Notes under the pieces: model-generated
What the model was told of the DNA's origin: nothing
The model's input: the letters and a program-made list of their open reading frames with translations, nothing else
Database searches by the model: none
NCBI GenBank assembly: GCA_030610155.1
Contig: JAUWSG010000003.1
Coordinates: 1 to 54,934, forward strand
Reading direction: 5' to 3'
Origin: Gammaproteobacteria bacterium
GTDB lineage: Bacteria; Pseudomonadota; Gammaproteobacteria; SG8-11
DNA: 54,934 bases
Shown here: positions 12,587 to 23,133 of the stretch, piece by piece
Layout: each line of letters opens with the position of its first letter
Numbering within the stretch: the stretch's first letter is position 1
Position numbers and translations under genes: made by a program

Positions 12587-14419
12587 ATGTGCGGTATTGT
12601 TGGTGCAGTGGCAAAATACAATGTTGTGCCTGTTCTGGTTGACGGGTTGAAACGCCTCGAATATCGCGGTTATGATTCTGCCGGCATTGCTATATTAAAT
12701 CAAAAAAATGTTTTGGAGCGCATACGTACCAAAGGCAAGGTCGTGGAGCTGGAAAGCAGAATTTCAGACGCGGTTTCGGGTAACCTGGGAATTGCCCACA
12801 CAAGATGGGCCACGCATGGTGAACCGAATGAAGTTAATGCGCATCCTCATGTTTGCAAAAATACAGTGTCAGTAGTGCACAACGGCATCATTGAAAATCA
12901 CGAACAATTACGCGAGCAGCAACAAAAGGCCGGATTTAAATTTACCTCTGGTACAGACACAGAAGTTATTGCCCACGAAGTGTATGCCTGGCATGTTGAT
13001 AAAGACCTGCCTTTATATGATGCGGTACTGGAAACACTGAAAAACCTCGAAGGGGCCTACGCGCTTGGCATCATCAGCGTGAAGGAGCCTGGTCGACTCA
13101 TTGCAGCACGTAGTGGCAGTCCTTTGGTAATTGGCATTAGTGATGAGGGCTATTTTATCGCGTCAGATGTTGCTGCATTGTTGCCGGTGACGCGTCGTTT
13201 TATTTTCCTTGAAGATGGTGATGTCGCGGACATTACAACTGACAGTTACAAAATTTTTGATGCGGATGGAAAGCCTGTCGAACGGCCTGTAACAGAAAGT
13301 AAATTGTCTGCGGATGCGGCTGACAAAGGTCATTATCGGCATTATATGCTGAAAGAAATATTTGAACAGCCCAATGCGGTAACCGACACGCTTGAAGGCC
13401 GGGTGAGTCGTGGTCGTGTGCTGGAAGAAGCATTTGGCACAAAAGCCGGGGAAATTTTTGATAAGGTGCAAGGTGTTCATATTATCGCGTGTGGTACCAG
13501 TTATCATTCCGGACTGATTGCCAAATATTGGCTGGAATCGCTTGCCGGTATTCCCTGTAGTGTTGAAGTGGCCAGTGAGTTTCGTTATAGGAAGCCGATT
13601 GTAAGAAAAAATTCCCTGATAGTGACGATTTCGCAGTCAGGTGAAACGGCGGATACATTGGCGGGTTTACGCGAAGCCAAGCGTCTGGGGTTTGGTCATT
13701 CATTGGCAATTTGTAATGTACCCGAAAGTTCATTGGTCAGGGAGTCTGATTTAACATTGATGACCCATGCCGGCCCCGAAATAGGCGTGGCATCAACCAA
13801 GGCATTCACCACGCAATTGGTTGCGTTGATGCTACTGGTTATTGTACTGGGTCGGCGTCATAATCTGGATGCTGATACCGAAGCAGATCTGGTAAAGCAG
13901 TTATTATCGATACCCAGAAAAATTGATGAAGTATTAAAACTGGATGAGAAGATAAAAGCGATCTCCGAGCAGTTTGCCAATAAACATCATGCTTTGTTTC
14001 TTGGTCGCGGCACCCATTATCCTGTCGCGATGGAAGGCGCGTTAAAGTTAAAGGAAATCTCCTATATTCATGCAGAGGCCTATCCTGCTGGTGAACTAAA
14101 ACATGGGCCGCTTGCCCTGGTGGATGAAGATATGCCTGTTATCGCAGTTGCACCTAATAATGAATTACTGGAAAAATTAAAATCAAATTTGCAGGAAGTG
14201 AGTGCACGTGGCGGCAAGCTTATTGTATTTGCAGATACTGATGTCGATGTAAAAGCGACTGAGAATGTTCAGGTGCTGGAAATGGCGCCGGTAGAAGATG
14301 CCGTGTCACCGATTATTCATACGATACCGTTACAGTTGCTGTCTTATCACGTTGCCGTTTTGAAGGGCACTGATATTGATCAACCGCGAAATCTGGCGAA
14401 GTCCGTTACCGTGGAATAG
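12587..14419 (+). CDS. glmS: Glutamine--fructose-6-phosphate aminotransferase
   Basis: MCGIVG, LEYRGYDSAG, HTRWATHG, SQSGETAD, DQPRNLAKSVTVE. Confidence 0.99.
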   Translation: MCGIVGAVAKYNVVPVLVDGLKRLEYRGYDSAGIAILNQKNVLERIRTKGKVVELESRISDAVSGNLGIAHTRWATHGEPNEVNAHPHVCKNTVSVVHNGIIENHEQLREQQQKAGFKFTSGTDTEVIAHEVYAWHVDKDLPLYDAVLETLKNLEGAYALGIISVKEPGRLIAARSGSPLVIGISDEGYFIASDVAALLPVTRRFIFLEDGDVADITTDSYKIFDADGKPVERPVTESKLSADAADKGHYRHYMLKEIFEQPNAVTDTLEGRVSRGRVLEEAFGTKAGEIFDKVQGVHIIACGTSYHSGLIAKYWLESLAGIPCSVEVASEFRYRKPIVRKNSLIVTISQSGETADTLAGLREAKRLGFGHSLAICNVPESSLVRESDLTLMTHAGPEIGVASTKAFTTQLVALMLLVIVLGRRHNLDADTEADLVKQLLSIPRKIDEVLKLDEKIKAISEQFANKHHALFLGRGTHYPVAMEGALKLKEISYIHAEAYPAGELKHGPLALVDEDMPVIAVAPNNELLEKLKSNLQEVSARGGKLIVFADTDVDVKATENVQVLEMAPVEDAVSPIIHTIPLQLLSYHVAVLKGTDIDQPRNLAKSVTVE

Positions 14420-14450
14420 GGTAAAGCGCTGGCTGAGAGCCAGGCGGTAT
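14381..14450 (+). other. attTn7 site (3' end of glmS), apparently unoccupied
   Basis: CAACCGCGAAATCTGGCGAAGTCCGTTACCGTGGAATAG encodes the conserved TnsD-recognised glmS end; no Tn7 end or tns genes seen downstream. Confidence 0.6.
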
Positions 14451-14495
14451 AGCTTTATAAAACTGCGGAACACTAATAACAAGAAACAAAAATAT

Positions 14496-14726
14496 TTATT
14501 TTTCTTTAACGTTCTTGTTGTCCATAGGCATCCACGCATGAATATGGAGATCCAGCTTGTGCCAGTCCTGGATGCCGATCAAAATAGTATTCCCTTCAAG
14601 GTATTCGATAAGCACTTTATCCAGTTTCCCTGACTCGTAATCCAGCATTCGTACTTTCACCAGCTTGCCAGTCTGGTTTACATACCATGCATTAACAATA
14701 GGTTTTTGTGTTGTCATTATGGTCAC
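14496..14726 (-). CDS. Small hypothetical protein (resembles DUF6763-type small beta proteins)
   Basis: PIVNAWY...IEYLEG...W pattern; convergent on glmS; family assignment tentative. Confidence 0.55.
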   Translation of the reverse strand: MTIMTTQKPIVNAWYVNQTGKLVKVRMLDYESGKLDKVLIEYLEGNTILIGIQDWHKLDLHIHAWMPMDNKNVKEK

Positions 14727-14959
14727 TTACCCGGTTGTGATCTAATTTAAAGTTACCCTCAGGCTCATTATAACTTTAAAAATTTTATTCACAAACCACA
14801 AAGATAATGATTTAAAGATAAGAGGAAACTATGGCGCCTGAATTGATATAACAAATAGATATAGATCGCGCGGCTAATATATTTAGAGTATATATTGCTG
14901 CAAAAAAATGAGCACTTATGGTGTTTTTTTAAGCGCGGGAACTCGACCAGCAGGTTTGC

Positions 14960-15700
14960 CTAGTGCTGGTGGTCGTGACTATTTGTTGACGCTGGTGGGT
15001 GGGATTGTGCATGCTCATGTTTGCCGTGCAGAATAGGCGGTGCCATTGTCCAGATTCCGAAACCGATAATCATTAGCGCAGCCAACACACGTATTGTCTT
15101 TTTCTGAATCCAGCTTTTAACCTGATGTGCGAATGTACCCGTTAACATCATGACCGGCAATGTGCCCAAACCAAAACAGGCCATCACTAAAGCTGATTGT
15201 TGCCAGTTGCCAGAGGTGGCCGCCAGGGTCAGCGTGCTATAAACCAGGCCACACGGCAACCAGCCCCATACCGCGCCTAGTATTAATGCTTGCCAGCTGC
15301 GAGTGACTGGCATCAATTTTTTACTGACGGGTTGTATTCGTTGCCATAGTTTTCCTCCGAGTTTTTCCAGCATTGCCAGGCCTCGCCACCAGCCAGCCAG
15401 GTACAAACCCATAGCAATTAACATCAATCCGGCAAAAATTCGTAAGGACGGCCCTGCTAATGGCGTGCTGCCTTGTAACCACCAACCAAGACTACCGATC
15501 AGCGCGCCGGCGATACTGTAGCTGAGAATTCGGCCCAGGTTATATAACAAAAGAATGGAAGTGACTTGTGTCGAGGATTTTTGATCAGCGGGGATTGCGA
15601 AGCTCAAGGCGTTCATAATACCACCGCACATACCAATACAATGGACGCCACCCAGCAAACCTATGATAAATGCAGAGGTTAAAGTGATGGGATCATTCAT
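14960..15700 (-). CDS. DsbD_2/TauE-SafE-like membrane protein usually linked to cbb3 biogenesis clusters
   Basis: GGVHCIGMCGG, YNLGR, GWLPCGLVY, FGLGTLP; His-rich tail. Confidence 0.85.
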   Translation of the reverse strand: MNDPITLTSAFIIGLLGGVHCIGMCGGIMNALSFAIPADQKSSTQVTSILLLYNLGRILSYSIAGALIGSLGWWLQGSTPLAGPSLRIFAGLMLIAMGLYLAGWWRGLAMLEKLGGKLWQRIQPVSKKLMPVTRSWQALILGAVWGWLPCGLVYSTLTLAATSGNWQQSALVMACFGLGTLPVMMLTGTFAHQVKSWIQKKTIRVLAALMIIGFGIWTMAPPILHGKHEHAQSHPPASTNSHDHQH

Positions 15701-15789
15701 GTTGTTTTAAATGTTCAGAATTATTTATAGTTAGGCCCGACTGAGGGTACAATATCATGACTATCCTGCTGCGAAGTAACTGATAACTA

Positions 15790-16464
15790 ATGGACTTGAA
15801 AATAATTGCCGGCATTATTGTTTTTAGCATCATTGCCATCGCAGTGGGGATATTAATCCCTGTTGATGATGTAATACAGAAGCAGACATTACCCTGGCAA
15901 GTTGAGCGGACGGCGCAGGGCTTAACAAAGGTGTTTGGTGTGACACCTGGCCAGAGTACGTTACAACAGGCAGAGCAACAATTAAACTCCGGGGCAAAGG
16001 TCAGTTTGTTCGCGACAAACGAGGGAGAATATGTCGTTGAGGCGTATTTTGATAAAGTCATTCTCGGCGGCCTCAGTGCAAAAATGATTATGGTTGCAGA
16101 TTTGTCCCGGCAACAACTTGAATCCATGTATGAGCGAGGTACTCGTATAAGCACGCTTGGGAGTGGTGTCAGGAAAGTTGCGTTGCAACAACAGGATATT
16201 GCTGTAGTCCGTAACACACCCATCATGAATATCACTTATCTTCCTTATACCCGTCTGGATGAAGCCTTGATAAGAAAGCGTTTTGGTGAGCCGCAAGAGA
16301 AACTGAAAGAAACCGAAACAGAAATGACCCACTGGTTATACCCTGATCTGGGTCTGGATATCGCTTTAAATAAAAATGGCACGGCCGTATTTCAATATAC
16401 ATCGCCTGAATTATTTTCTACTCTGTCCTTGCCGTTGACTCAACGGACCACATCTGAAAATTAA
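15790..16464 (+). CDS. Hypothetical N-terminally anchored periplasmic protein
   Basis: 224-aa ORF with N-terminal TM, LPWQV, RFGEP, HWLYP motifs; stop overlaps the ccoS stop. Confidence 0.75.
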   Translation: MDLKIIAGIIVFSIIAIAVGILIPVDDVIQKQTLPWQVERTAQGLTKVFGVTPGQSTLQQAEQQLNSGAKVSLFATNEGEYVVEAYFDKVILGGLSAKMIMVADLSRQQLESMYERGTRISTLGSGVRKVALQQQDIAVVRNTPIMNITYLPYTRLDEALIRKRFGEPQEKLKETETEMTHWLYPDLGLDIALNKNGTAVFQYTSPELFSTLSLPLTQRTTSEN

Positions 16465-16682
16465 GGCTCGGCATCAGGCCAGTTTTTTCCGGGTTCTTTT
16501 TTTTCTTTATTGTCCTTCTTTGCCTCACCAGGGAGCAGGGGGTCATCATCATCCATCAAGATACGACTGGCATCGCCGTCCATGTCTTCATATTGACCAT
16601 TTTTGATGGCCCAGACCAGAATGCCTACCATTACCAGCCCAAGAAAAATCATGCCGGGGATAAGGAGATAAATTACTTCCAT
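16461..16682 (-). CDS. ccoS: cbb3 oxidase maturation protein CcoS/FixS
   Basis: MEVIYLLIP...WAIKNGQYEDMDGDASRILMDDD. Confidence 0.93.
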   Translation of the reverse strand: MEVIYLLIPGMIFLGLVMVGILVWAIKNGQYEDMDGDASRILMDDDDPLLPGEAKKDNKEKKEPGKNWPDAEP

Positions 16683-19192
16683 TTATTGTCCTGATGATTG
16701 TTGCCGGGTGTTTCTTTTTTAAATAGTGTCCGTATTCGACCGGCATTGGCGATGACCAGTAAGGAGCTGACAGGCATGGAAATGGCTGCAACCAGCGGTG
16801 TAATCAAGGCCGCGATGGCCAGAGGTACCATAATAATGTTATAGGTAATGGATATACCGATGTTTTGTCGTATGGTTTTGAGTGTGCGTTGTGATAATTT
16901 TGTTGCCAATAGCACTTTATTTAATTCATTGCTCATTAATATAATGTCGGCGCTGTCACATGATATATCGGTACCGGAACCGAGTGCGATGCCTACATCA
17001 GCACGCACCAGGGCTGGTGCATCATTGACGCCATCTCCGACCATTGCCACTTTTTCGTTATTTTTTTGTAGCTGCCGTATAATACGTTCTTTATCCTCCG
17101 GCAACACTTCCGCAATTGTTTCCATGCCGCCCAGTTGCTCTGCAATGGCTTTCACGACTGGCTTGCGATCTCCGCTGAGTAAAGTGGTGCGAATTCCGCT
17201 GGATTTTAATGCGTCGATCAATGCTTTTGCCCCTGGCCGTAGCCGGTCCGCGATGGCGATAAGCCCCGCCTCGCGACCCTCTATCGCAATATGTACGCAG
17301 GTGGTGCCTTCGCGTTCCCATAACAAGCTTTGTTCTTCAAAATCCTGGTTGGGTATTATGTTGTTTTGCTTTAACCACAGAGACGTACCAATCACAATGT
17401 GAGTATCGTTGACTTTTCCTGTGATGCCATGACCTGGTTTGTTTGAGACATTTTTGGCAGCAGGTAGATTCAGCTCTCGTGATGTTGCTTTTTCGATAAT
17501 GGCCCTGGCAATATTATGTTCGGAATATTTTTCAATCGCGGCAGCGAAGCTAATAAGTTCATCTTCATCAATTCCGTCTGCCGTAATAATATTATTTACC
17601 TGCATGCGGCCCTCGGTAAGAGTGCCGGTCTTATCAAATACAAAATGATCTATTTGTGAAAGTGATTCCAGTACGCCACCACTCTTCACAAGAATACCGT
17701 GTCTTGCGCCCAGGCCGGAAGCGGATGCAATGGCCATGGGGGTGGCCAGCCCGAATGCGCAGGGGCAAGTGATAATCAAAACCGCAGTTGCAGCCATTAG
17801 CGCTATTTCAAAGTCGGTGTTTATCCAGAACATGAACGTAAATGTCGCCAGCAAAAGTGTTATGGCGACAAACCATGGAACAACCCGGTCTGCGATACAT
17901 TGTACGGGGGCTTTTGAAGCCTGCGCATCTTCGACCAGGTGGATAATGCGGCCCAGTGAGGTATTGCGTAATATGCCTTTTACCTGGACAGTGAGCGGGC
18001 TATCGTTGTTGATTGTGCCGGCGAAGACTTTGTCATTGTGGTTTTTGCTGACAGGTGTAGATTCACCGCTGAGCATGGATTCATCAATCGTGCTATGCCC
18101 ATCCAGAATAATGCCATCGACAGGGACATGCTCGCCAGGTTTGACCAATACAATGTCATTATTTTTCACTGCACGAACAGGCAGCAAGATTTCCTTGTTA
18201 TCGCGCAGTACTATTGCGCCACGTGGCTGCAGGTCGAGTAATCGTTGAGTGGATGCAATGGCCTGGCGTTTGGACATGGCTTCCAGATAGCGGCCAACCA
18301 GGATGACGAAAAGGAAATTAACAACGGTATCGTAATAGACCTCACCGGTTGTGGATTGTGTGAGTGTAATGTTAAGCGAATACAGGTAGGTTACCGTCGC
18401 GCCAATGGCAATGGGTAGGTCCATGGTCAGATGTAGCCGTCGCAGTCCGGTCCATGCGCCATGCAAAAAAGGGTACCCGGAATAAAGCAAAGTGGGCGTG
18501 GCGAGCATGAACCCCACCCAGTGAAACAGACTGCGGTATTCACTGTCTGCTGCACCACTATAAAGGGCGATTGAAATCCATAGCAGATTCATCATGGCGA
18601 ACCCGGCAAAGGCCATGCGGAACAATAAAGCACGATTTTGTTTTTTAAGTTTTCCCTCCGCTACTTCCGGATCATATGGTATGGCAGCATAACCGATATT
18701 GCTTAGTTGTGAGAGAATATGGGACAGTTTGGTTAGCTGGTTGTCCCAGCGTAATAAGAGGCGTTTCCCCGAAAGATTGACCCGCGCATCAAGTACTCCC
18801 TGCATTTTCCCCAGTGAACGTTCGATCAGCCAGACACAGGCCGCACAATGAATGCCTTCTACCAATAAGTGGATTTCACGTTCCCGGGCCAATGATGATA
18901 CAAATTCTTCCTGTACCTCATCAAGATCATAGAGCGCCAGGTTCTTCGGGGTTTCTGGTGGAGGTGCAAGTTTTCCGTCTGCGGGTGTGCGTTGGTAGAA
19001 ACCTTCCAGTCCTGCATCGTAAATGGCGGAACACACCATCTGGCATGCCGGGCAGCAAAATGATCTGCTGTCCCCGTCGATGATTTGTTCAAAGTCGCTG
19101 TTTGCCGGTACAGGCAGGCTGCAATGAAAACAACTTTCCGCGATATGATCGCGATTGATATAGTTGTCATCCAATGGTTGCACTGAACTCAT
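16673..19192 (-). CDS. ccoI: Cu-transporting P1B ATPase CcoI/FixI
   Basis: CFHC/FCCPAC N-terminal domain, HCAAC HMA, CPC, DKTGTLT, GDGVNDAP. Confidence 0.94.
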   Translation of the reverse strand: MSSVQPLDDNYINRDHIAESCFHCSLPVPANSDFEQIIDGDSRSFCCPACQMVCSAIYDAGLEGFYQRTPADGKLAPPPETPKNLALYDLDEVQEEFVSSLAREREIHLLVEGIHCAACVWLIERSLGKMQGVLDARVNLSGKRLLLRWDNQLTKLSHILSQLSNIGYAAIPYDPEVAEGKLKKQNRALLFRMAFAGFAMMNLLWISIALYSGAADSEYRSLFHWVGFMLATPTLLYSGYPFLHGAWTGLRRLHLTMDLPIAIGATVTYLYSLNITLTQSTTGEVYYDTVVNFLFVILVGRYLEAMSKRQAIASTQRLLDLQPRGAIVLRDNKEILLPVRAVKNNDIVLVKPGEHVPVDGIILDGHSTIDESMLSGESTPVSKNHNDKVFAGTINNDSPLTVQVKGILRNTSLGRIIHLVEDAQASKAPVQCIADRVVPWFVAITLLLATFTFMFWINTDFEIALMAATAVLIITCPCAFGLATPMAIASASGLGARHGILVKSGGVLESLSQIDHFVFDKTGTLTEGRMQVNNIITADGIDEDELISFAAAIEKYSEHNIARAIIEKATSRELNLPAAKNVSNKPGHGITGKVNDTHIVIGTSLWLKQNNIIPNQDFEEQSLLWEREGTTCVHIAIEGREAGLIAIADRLRPGAKALIDALKSSGIRTTLLSGDRKPVVKAIAEQLGGMETIAEVLPEDKERIIRQLQKNNEKVAMVGDGVNDAPALVRADVGIALGSGTDISCDSADIILMSNELNKVLLATKLSQRTLKTIRQNIGISITYNIIMVPLAIAALITPLVAAISMPVSSLLVIANAGRIRTLFKKETPGNNHQDNKWK

Positions 19193-19196
19193 ATTG

Positions 19197-19739
19197 TTAA
19201 CGTCGTTTGACCATTATACGCTGGCTTAGCTCATACTGGTCGTCATCACGTTGCACCTTGATGTTAATGTCCCATATGCCCGGCAAGGAGAAACTGGCTT
19301 TTGCTTGATATAGTCCAGGGGCGATTTGTTGAAATGGGACAGTAAAGTCAGCATTGGCATCAGAAGGGCGGTAAGCGACAAGTGTCACGTTGGCATTTTT
19401 AACAGGCAGGCCGCGTATGTCTGTTGCACTGAACCGATAGATGTCCAGGGTGTGGCTCGTGATTATTTCCGGTATATACAGTTTGGTGTCCCATGTGAGG
19501 CTGTTACGTTTACTCAGCAGTCTGATGGCGTTTCTCTCATACTTGCGGCCCTGTTCATAGTAATCTTCTGTCACCAGTCCGGGACTGTTTGTCAGTGACA
19601 GAAAAACGAGACCCGCATTGACTATTAGAAATGTTGCAATTATCGCAATCCAGCCTATGACCCAGGGATTACGCATTGCCTGGCGATTATCCTGGGAGTA
19701 ACGGTTTTTTATCTGGTTGAAATGCTGAATCATATTCAT
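19197..19739 (-). CDS. ccoH: FixH/CcoH family protein
   Basis: NPW + single TM + SPGLVTEDYYEQG, YRPSD, PGIWD; between ccoG and ccoI. Confidence 0.85.
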   Translation of the reverse strand: MNMIQHFNQIKNRYSQDNRQAMRNPWVIGWIAIIATFLIVNAGLVFLSLTNSPGLVTEDYYEQGRKYERNAIRLLSKRNSLTWDTKLYIPEIITSHTLDIYRFSATDIRGLPVKNANVTLVAYRPSDANADFTVPFQQIAPGLYQAKASFSLPGIWDINIKVQRDDDQYELSQRIMVKRR

Positions 19740-19757
19740 GACGATATCCTGATCAAG

Positions 19758-21182
19758 TTATTTTTTCGGCCCAAAGAATATGCTTTTATACTCGGAGTAA
19801 AATTCCGGGTTCAGGGTGTATTCTATGCGCAATGTGACCGGCAGTGTTTCCTGTAATAGTTTATCTCCCGGGATGCGTAGAAAGATCGTGTAGGCAGTTA
19901 CCCGCTTTTCCGGGGCTTCCAGTGGTTTCTCTGCACCGATCATTTGTATGTCATTATGGCCGGCGACGGTCAATTTCACCATTATATCATTTTTGGTTTT
20001 GTTGAGAATTTTAAGTACGTATTTGTTTTGTACTGAGCCATCACTGCGCATGACAAACAAAGGTTGGCGTTCATGAAGTACCTTTAGTTCAAGTGTCGCG
20101 AGTGTTGACAGGCCGTAAATGATGCCTGCCACGGCCAATATCATGATGCTGGAATAGACGATGACACGTGGCCGTTTGTAAAGTGTCACTTCAGGTTTTC
20201 CCTGCATCTCATCCAGTGAAGTGTATTTTATCAATCCATGTGGTCGTTTTATTTTGTCCATAACAGCATCGCAGGCATCCAGGCACAATGCGCATGTAAT
20301 GCAGCCTTCCTGTTGGCCGTTGCGAATATCAATCCCGGTGGGACAGACAGCGACACATTGTTTGCAGTCAATGCAGTCGCCCTTATCTGTAACATCACTC
20401 TGGCTGGTTTTTTTTAATTTTCCGCGTGGTTCACCGCGTCGGAAGTCATAGGTCGGTAAAACAGTTTCACTATCAACCATGACCCCCTGTATACGCGCAT
20501 AGGGACAAAGCCAGAAACAGACCTGTTCACGCATGTGGCCGGCAAACAGATGAGTGAAGAATGCAAAGACACCGACAGGCGCCCATTCGGCCAGTGTGGC
20601 TTGTAGTGTAAAATAGTCAATCCAGAGCTGATAAGCATCGGTAAACCAGGCGGTGAAACTGATGCCGGTCAATATGCCGATGAGTATCCAGAAAAAATGT
20701 TTCAGAAATTTTGTGCGAATTTTACTGAAAGTCCAGGGTGCTTCATCCATTTTCTTGCGTTTCCCGGGGTGGCCTTCCAGTTTTTCTTCAATCCAGGTGA
20801 AAATATCGGTCCACACAGTTTGAAAACAAAAATAACCACAATAAACGCGGCCGGCAACAGAGGTAACGGCCGCCAATAGCAGGGCGAAAAATAACAGCAC
20901 CAATGCCAGCATCCAGATGTCTTGCGGTAGAATGGTGATGCCAAAGATATGGAATTGACGATTGGGAATGTCCCACAATATGGCTTGTCGATCTCCCCAG
21001 CGCAGGTAAGGCCCAAGGAAGAAGGGTAGCCAGACCAGCATCGAGACCCATTTCAGACTACGAAAAAACCCTGGCATACGTTTGGCGTGAATTGTTTTAT
21101 CGCCAAGATTGACGTGCCAGTATTCCGCTTCGCGGTAGAGCGCTTCCAGGTCTTGATTGTCCTGTTCGGTTTGATCACTCAC
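19758..21182 (-). CDS. ccoG: cbb3 accessory protein CcoG/FixG (4Fe-4S membrane protein)
   Basis: GRVYCGYFCFQT, CFWLCPYAR, CIDCKQCVAVCP, CITCALCLDAC. Confidence 0.95.
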   Translation of the reverse strand: MSDQTEQDNQDLEALYREAEYWHVNLGDKTIHAKRMPGFFRSLKWVSMLVWLPFFLGPYLRWGDRQAILWDIPNRQFHIFGITILPQDIWMLALVLLFFALLLAAVTSVAGRVYCGYFCFQTVWTDIFTWIEEKLEGHPGKRKKMDEAPWTFSKIRTKFLKHFFWILIGILTGISFTAWFTDAYQLWIDYFTLQATLAEWAPVGVFAFFTHLFAGHMREQVCFWLCPYARIQGVMVDSETVLPTYDFRRGEPRGKLKKTSQSDVTDKGDCIDCKQCVAVCPTGIDIRNGQQEGCITCALCLDACDAVMDKIKRPHGLIKYTSLDEMQGKPEVTLYKRPRVIVYSSIMILAVAGIIYGLSTLATLELKVLHERQPLFVMRSDGSVQNKYVLKILNKTKNDIMVKLTVAGHNDIQMIGAEKPLEAPEKRVTAYTIFLRIPGDKLLQETLPVTLRIEYTLNPEFYSEYKSIFFGPKK

Positions 21183-21214
21183 CAGGCTATTATTTATCCC
21201 TGTTTACCAGAGGA

Positions 21215-21328
21215 CTAGTCTTCGGAGTGGGTGTGATTGATGAGGTAGCCAATTCGAACGGCCAGAACAACAACAATGACGATTGTGATGCCCACTGCGA
21301 GAAGAGAACCCCAGACGACTGCATCCAT
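21215..21328 (-). CDS. 37-aa single-TM protein between ccoP and ccoG (absent from the ORF track)
   Basis: Hand translation MDAVVWGSLLAVGITIVIVVVLAVRIGYLINHTHSED*; strong RBS AGGAG upstream; fills the operon gap. Confidence 0.8.
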   Translation of the reverse strand: MDAVVWGSLLAVGITIVIVVVLAVRIGYLINHTHSED

Positions 21329-21359
21329 AATTTATCTCCTCTGTTGAAGGTCGGCCGCT

Positions 21360-22214
21360 TTATTGGCCGCCGCCCAGTTTGTGCACATAAACAGCTAATT
21401 TTTTAATTTCTGTTTCAGTTAACTGCTCCTTGAATACAGGCATGATGGCGATACGTGTCGCGTCATTGCCCGGTGCATTAACACCATTTGTGATCGTATA
21501 CTTAATGCTTTCTTCCGTGCCGGGAGCGAAGCGCCAGATGGTATCAGTAAAATTTGCGCCACCCATCATTTCTACACCTTTGGCTTCCATGCCATGGCAA
21601 CCAAAACAGCCTTTACTGTTATATAATTCTTTGCCAGCCGCATGTTCACTGCCCTGGCTTAATGCCAGTATATGTTTGGCCAGGTCATCGAGTTCCTGTT
21701 CTGATACATTGTCTTTAAAGGCGGGCATTAAACCCGTGCGGCCGTTAGTGATAGTTTGCTGGATAGTGTCAATATTGCCGCCATATAACCAGTCATCATC
21801 GGCCAGTATCGGGTAACCGGGGTTACCGGCGCCGCCCGTTCCATGGCAAGCCGCGCAGCGGTCACCAAACAGGACTTTGGCAGATCGTACAACATAATTG
21901 GACAGCTCCCGGTCATCGAGTACGGCCTGGGCAGACATGCCTTTGAGTTTGTCTTCAAATGGTTTGCGTATGGCGTCGAGTTCTTCGACGCTTGCCTGCA
22001 GGCGTTTCATTTGGGTCCATCCCAGCACGCCTTTGGTTGATCCGTTTACAAGGGGAATTGAAGGATAAAGTACAAGGTAGCCAATAATAAAGACGGCGCC
22101 CAGATAAAAAGTGATTATCCACCATCTCGGTGGTTGATTGGTTAACTCGCGCAGATTGTCGTCCCATACATGTCCTGTATCGGGCGCATCAGTGCTGTTT
22201 TTATTATCACTCAT
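21360..22214 (-). CDS. ccoP: cbb3 oxidase diheme subunit III
   Basis: TGHVWD..LRELTNQPPRWW, CAACH and CFGCH, DDDWLYGG. Confidence 0.96.
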   Translation of the reverse strand: MSDNKNSTDAPDTGHVWDDNLRELTNQPPRWWIITFYLGAVFIIGYLVLYPSIPLVNGSTKGVLGWTQMKRLQASVEELDAIRKPFEDKLKGMSAQAVLDDRELSNYVVRSAKVLFGDRCAACHGTGGAGNPGYPILADDDWLYGGNIDTIQQTITNGRTGLMPAFKDNVSEQELDDLAKHILALSQGSEHAAGKELYNSKGCFGCHGMEAKGVEMMGGANFTDTIWRFAPGTEESIKYTITNGVNAPGNDATRIAIMPVFKEQLTETEIKKLAVYVHKLGGGQ

Positions 22215-22417
22215 TTTTTATCCTCCGTGTTGACACGGTCTTCATCGAAAGGAATGTTACGCATGGCTTCAAGCCGTTTCTTGTTAGCAGGATGGAAGAT
22301 GTAGGAATAAATCGCGATCATCACAATGAAGACGACGATGGTAATGCCAAGGCCGAGCCAGTCATGCAATGTCATGGATGCCCAGTCTGTTTGAAAATAT
22401 TCTTTGATACTATTCAC
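22211..22417 (-). CDS. ccoQ: cbb3 oxidase subunit IV
   Basis: Single TM followed by [18 protein letters not shown]; between ccoO and ccoP. Confidence 0.88.
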   Translation of the reverse strand: MNSIKEYFQTDWASMTLHDWLGLGITIVVFIVMIAIYSYIFHPANKKRLEAMRNIPFDEDRVNTEDKK

Positions 22418-23123
22418 GGTATACGATCCCGTAATCGAGTTTGGCCATGGTGCCGAGTATTTGCAAATAAGCTACCATGGCATCCATTTCAGTTTTACCG
22501 TCCGCTGCTGCGGAGCTGGCATCAATATCGGCATCGGTATAAGGCACGCCGACAGTTTTCATGGCTTTCATATGGCGTTTGACCATTGCGCCATCGAGTA
22601 CGTTTTCCAGTAACCAGGGATAATTGGGCATCACAGATTCCGGCACCACGGAGCGGGGCGCTATCATGTGTTTGATATGCCATTCATCAGAGTATTTTCC
22701 ACCAACGCGCGCGAGGTCAGGTCCGGTACGTTTGGAGCCCCACTGGAACGGGTGGTCATAGATAGACTCGGTTGCCAATGAATAATGTCCATAACGTTCT
22801 TTTTCGTCCCGGAACGGCCGGATCATTTGTGAGTGGCACAGATAACAACCTTCCCGGATATAAACATTACGACCCATCAGCTCCAGGCCGGTGTAAGGAC
22901 GAATACCATCACCGGGCTTCCAGTTTGCCAATGTCTGTCCTTCTTTTTGTTGCCAGAGAATTTCCGGTCGGGCGTTATGTTCCATCGTATCGTCCAGATA
23001 ATACAGTGGGACAATCTCAACGATGCCGCCTACCGAGAGGATTAACAAGAGCATCAGTAACAAGGCCCAGACGTTACGTTCCAGTTTGTCCTGAAATTTT
23101 GTTGAATAAATTTTGTCAGCCAT
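22410..23123 (-). CDS. ccoO: cbb3 oxidase monoheme subunit II
   Basis: [31 protein letters not shown]. Confidence 0.97.
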   Translation of the reverse strand: MADKIYSTKFQDKLERNVWALLLMLLLILSVGGIVEIVPLYYLDDTMEHNARPEILWQQKEGQTLANWKPGDGIRPYTGLELMGRNVYIREGCYLCHSQMIRPFRDEKERYGHYSLATESIYDHPFQWGSKRTGPDLARVGGKYSDEWHIKHMIAPRSVVPESVMPNYPWLLENVLDGAMVKRHMKAMKTVGVPYTDADIDASSAAADGKTEMDAMVAYLQILGTMAKLDYGIVYRE

Positions 23124-23133
23124 TTTTCTCTCC

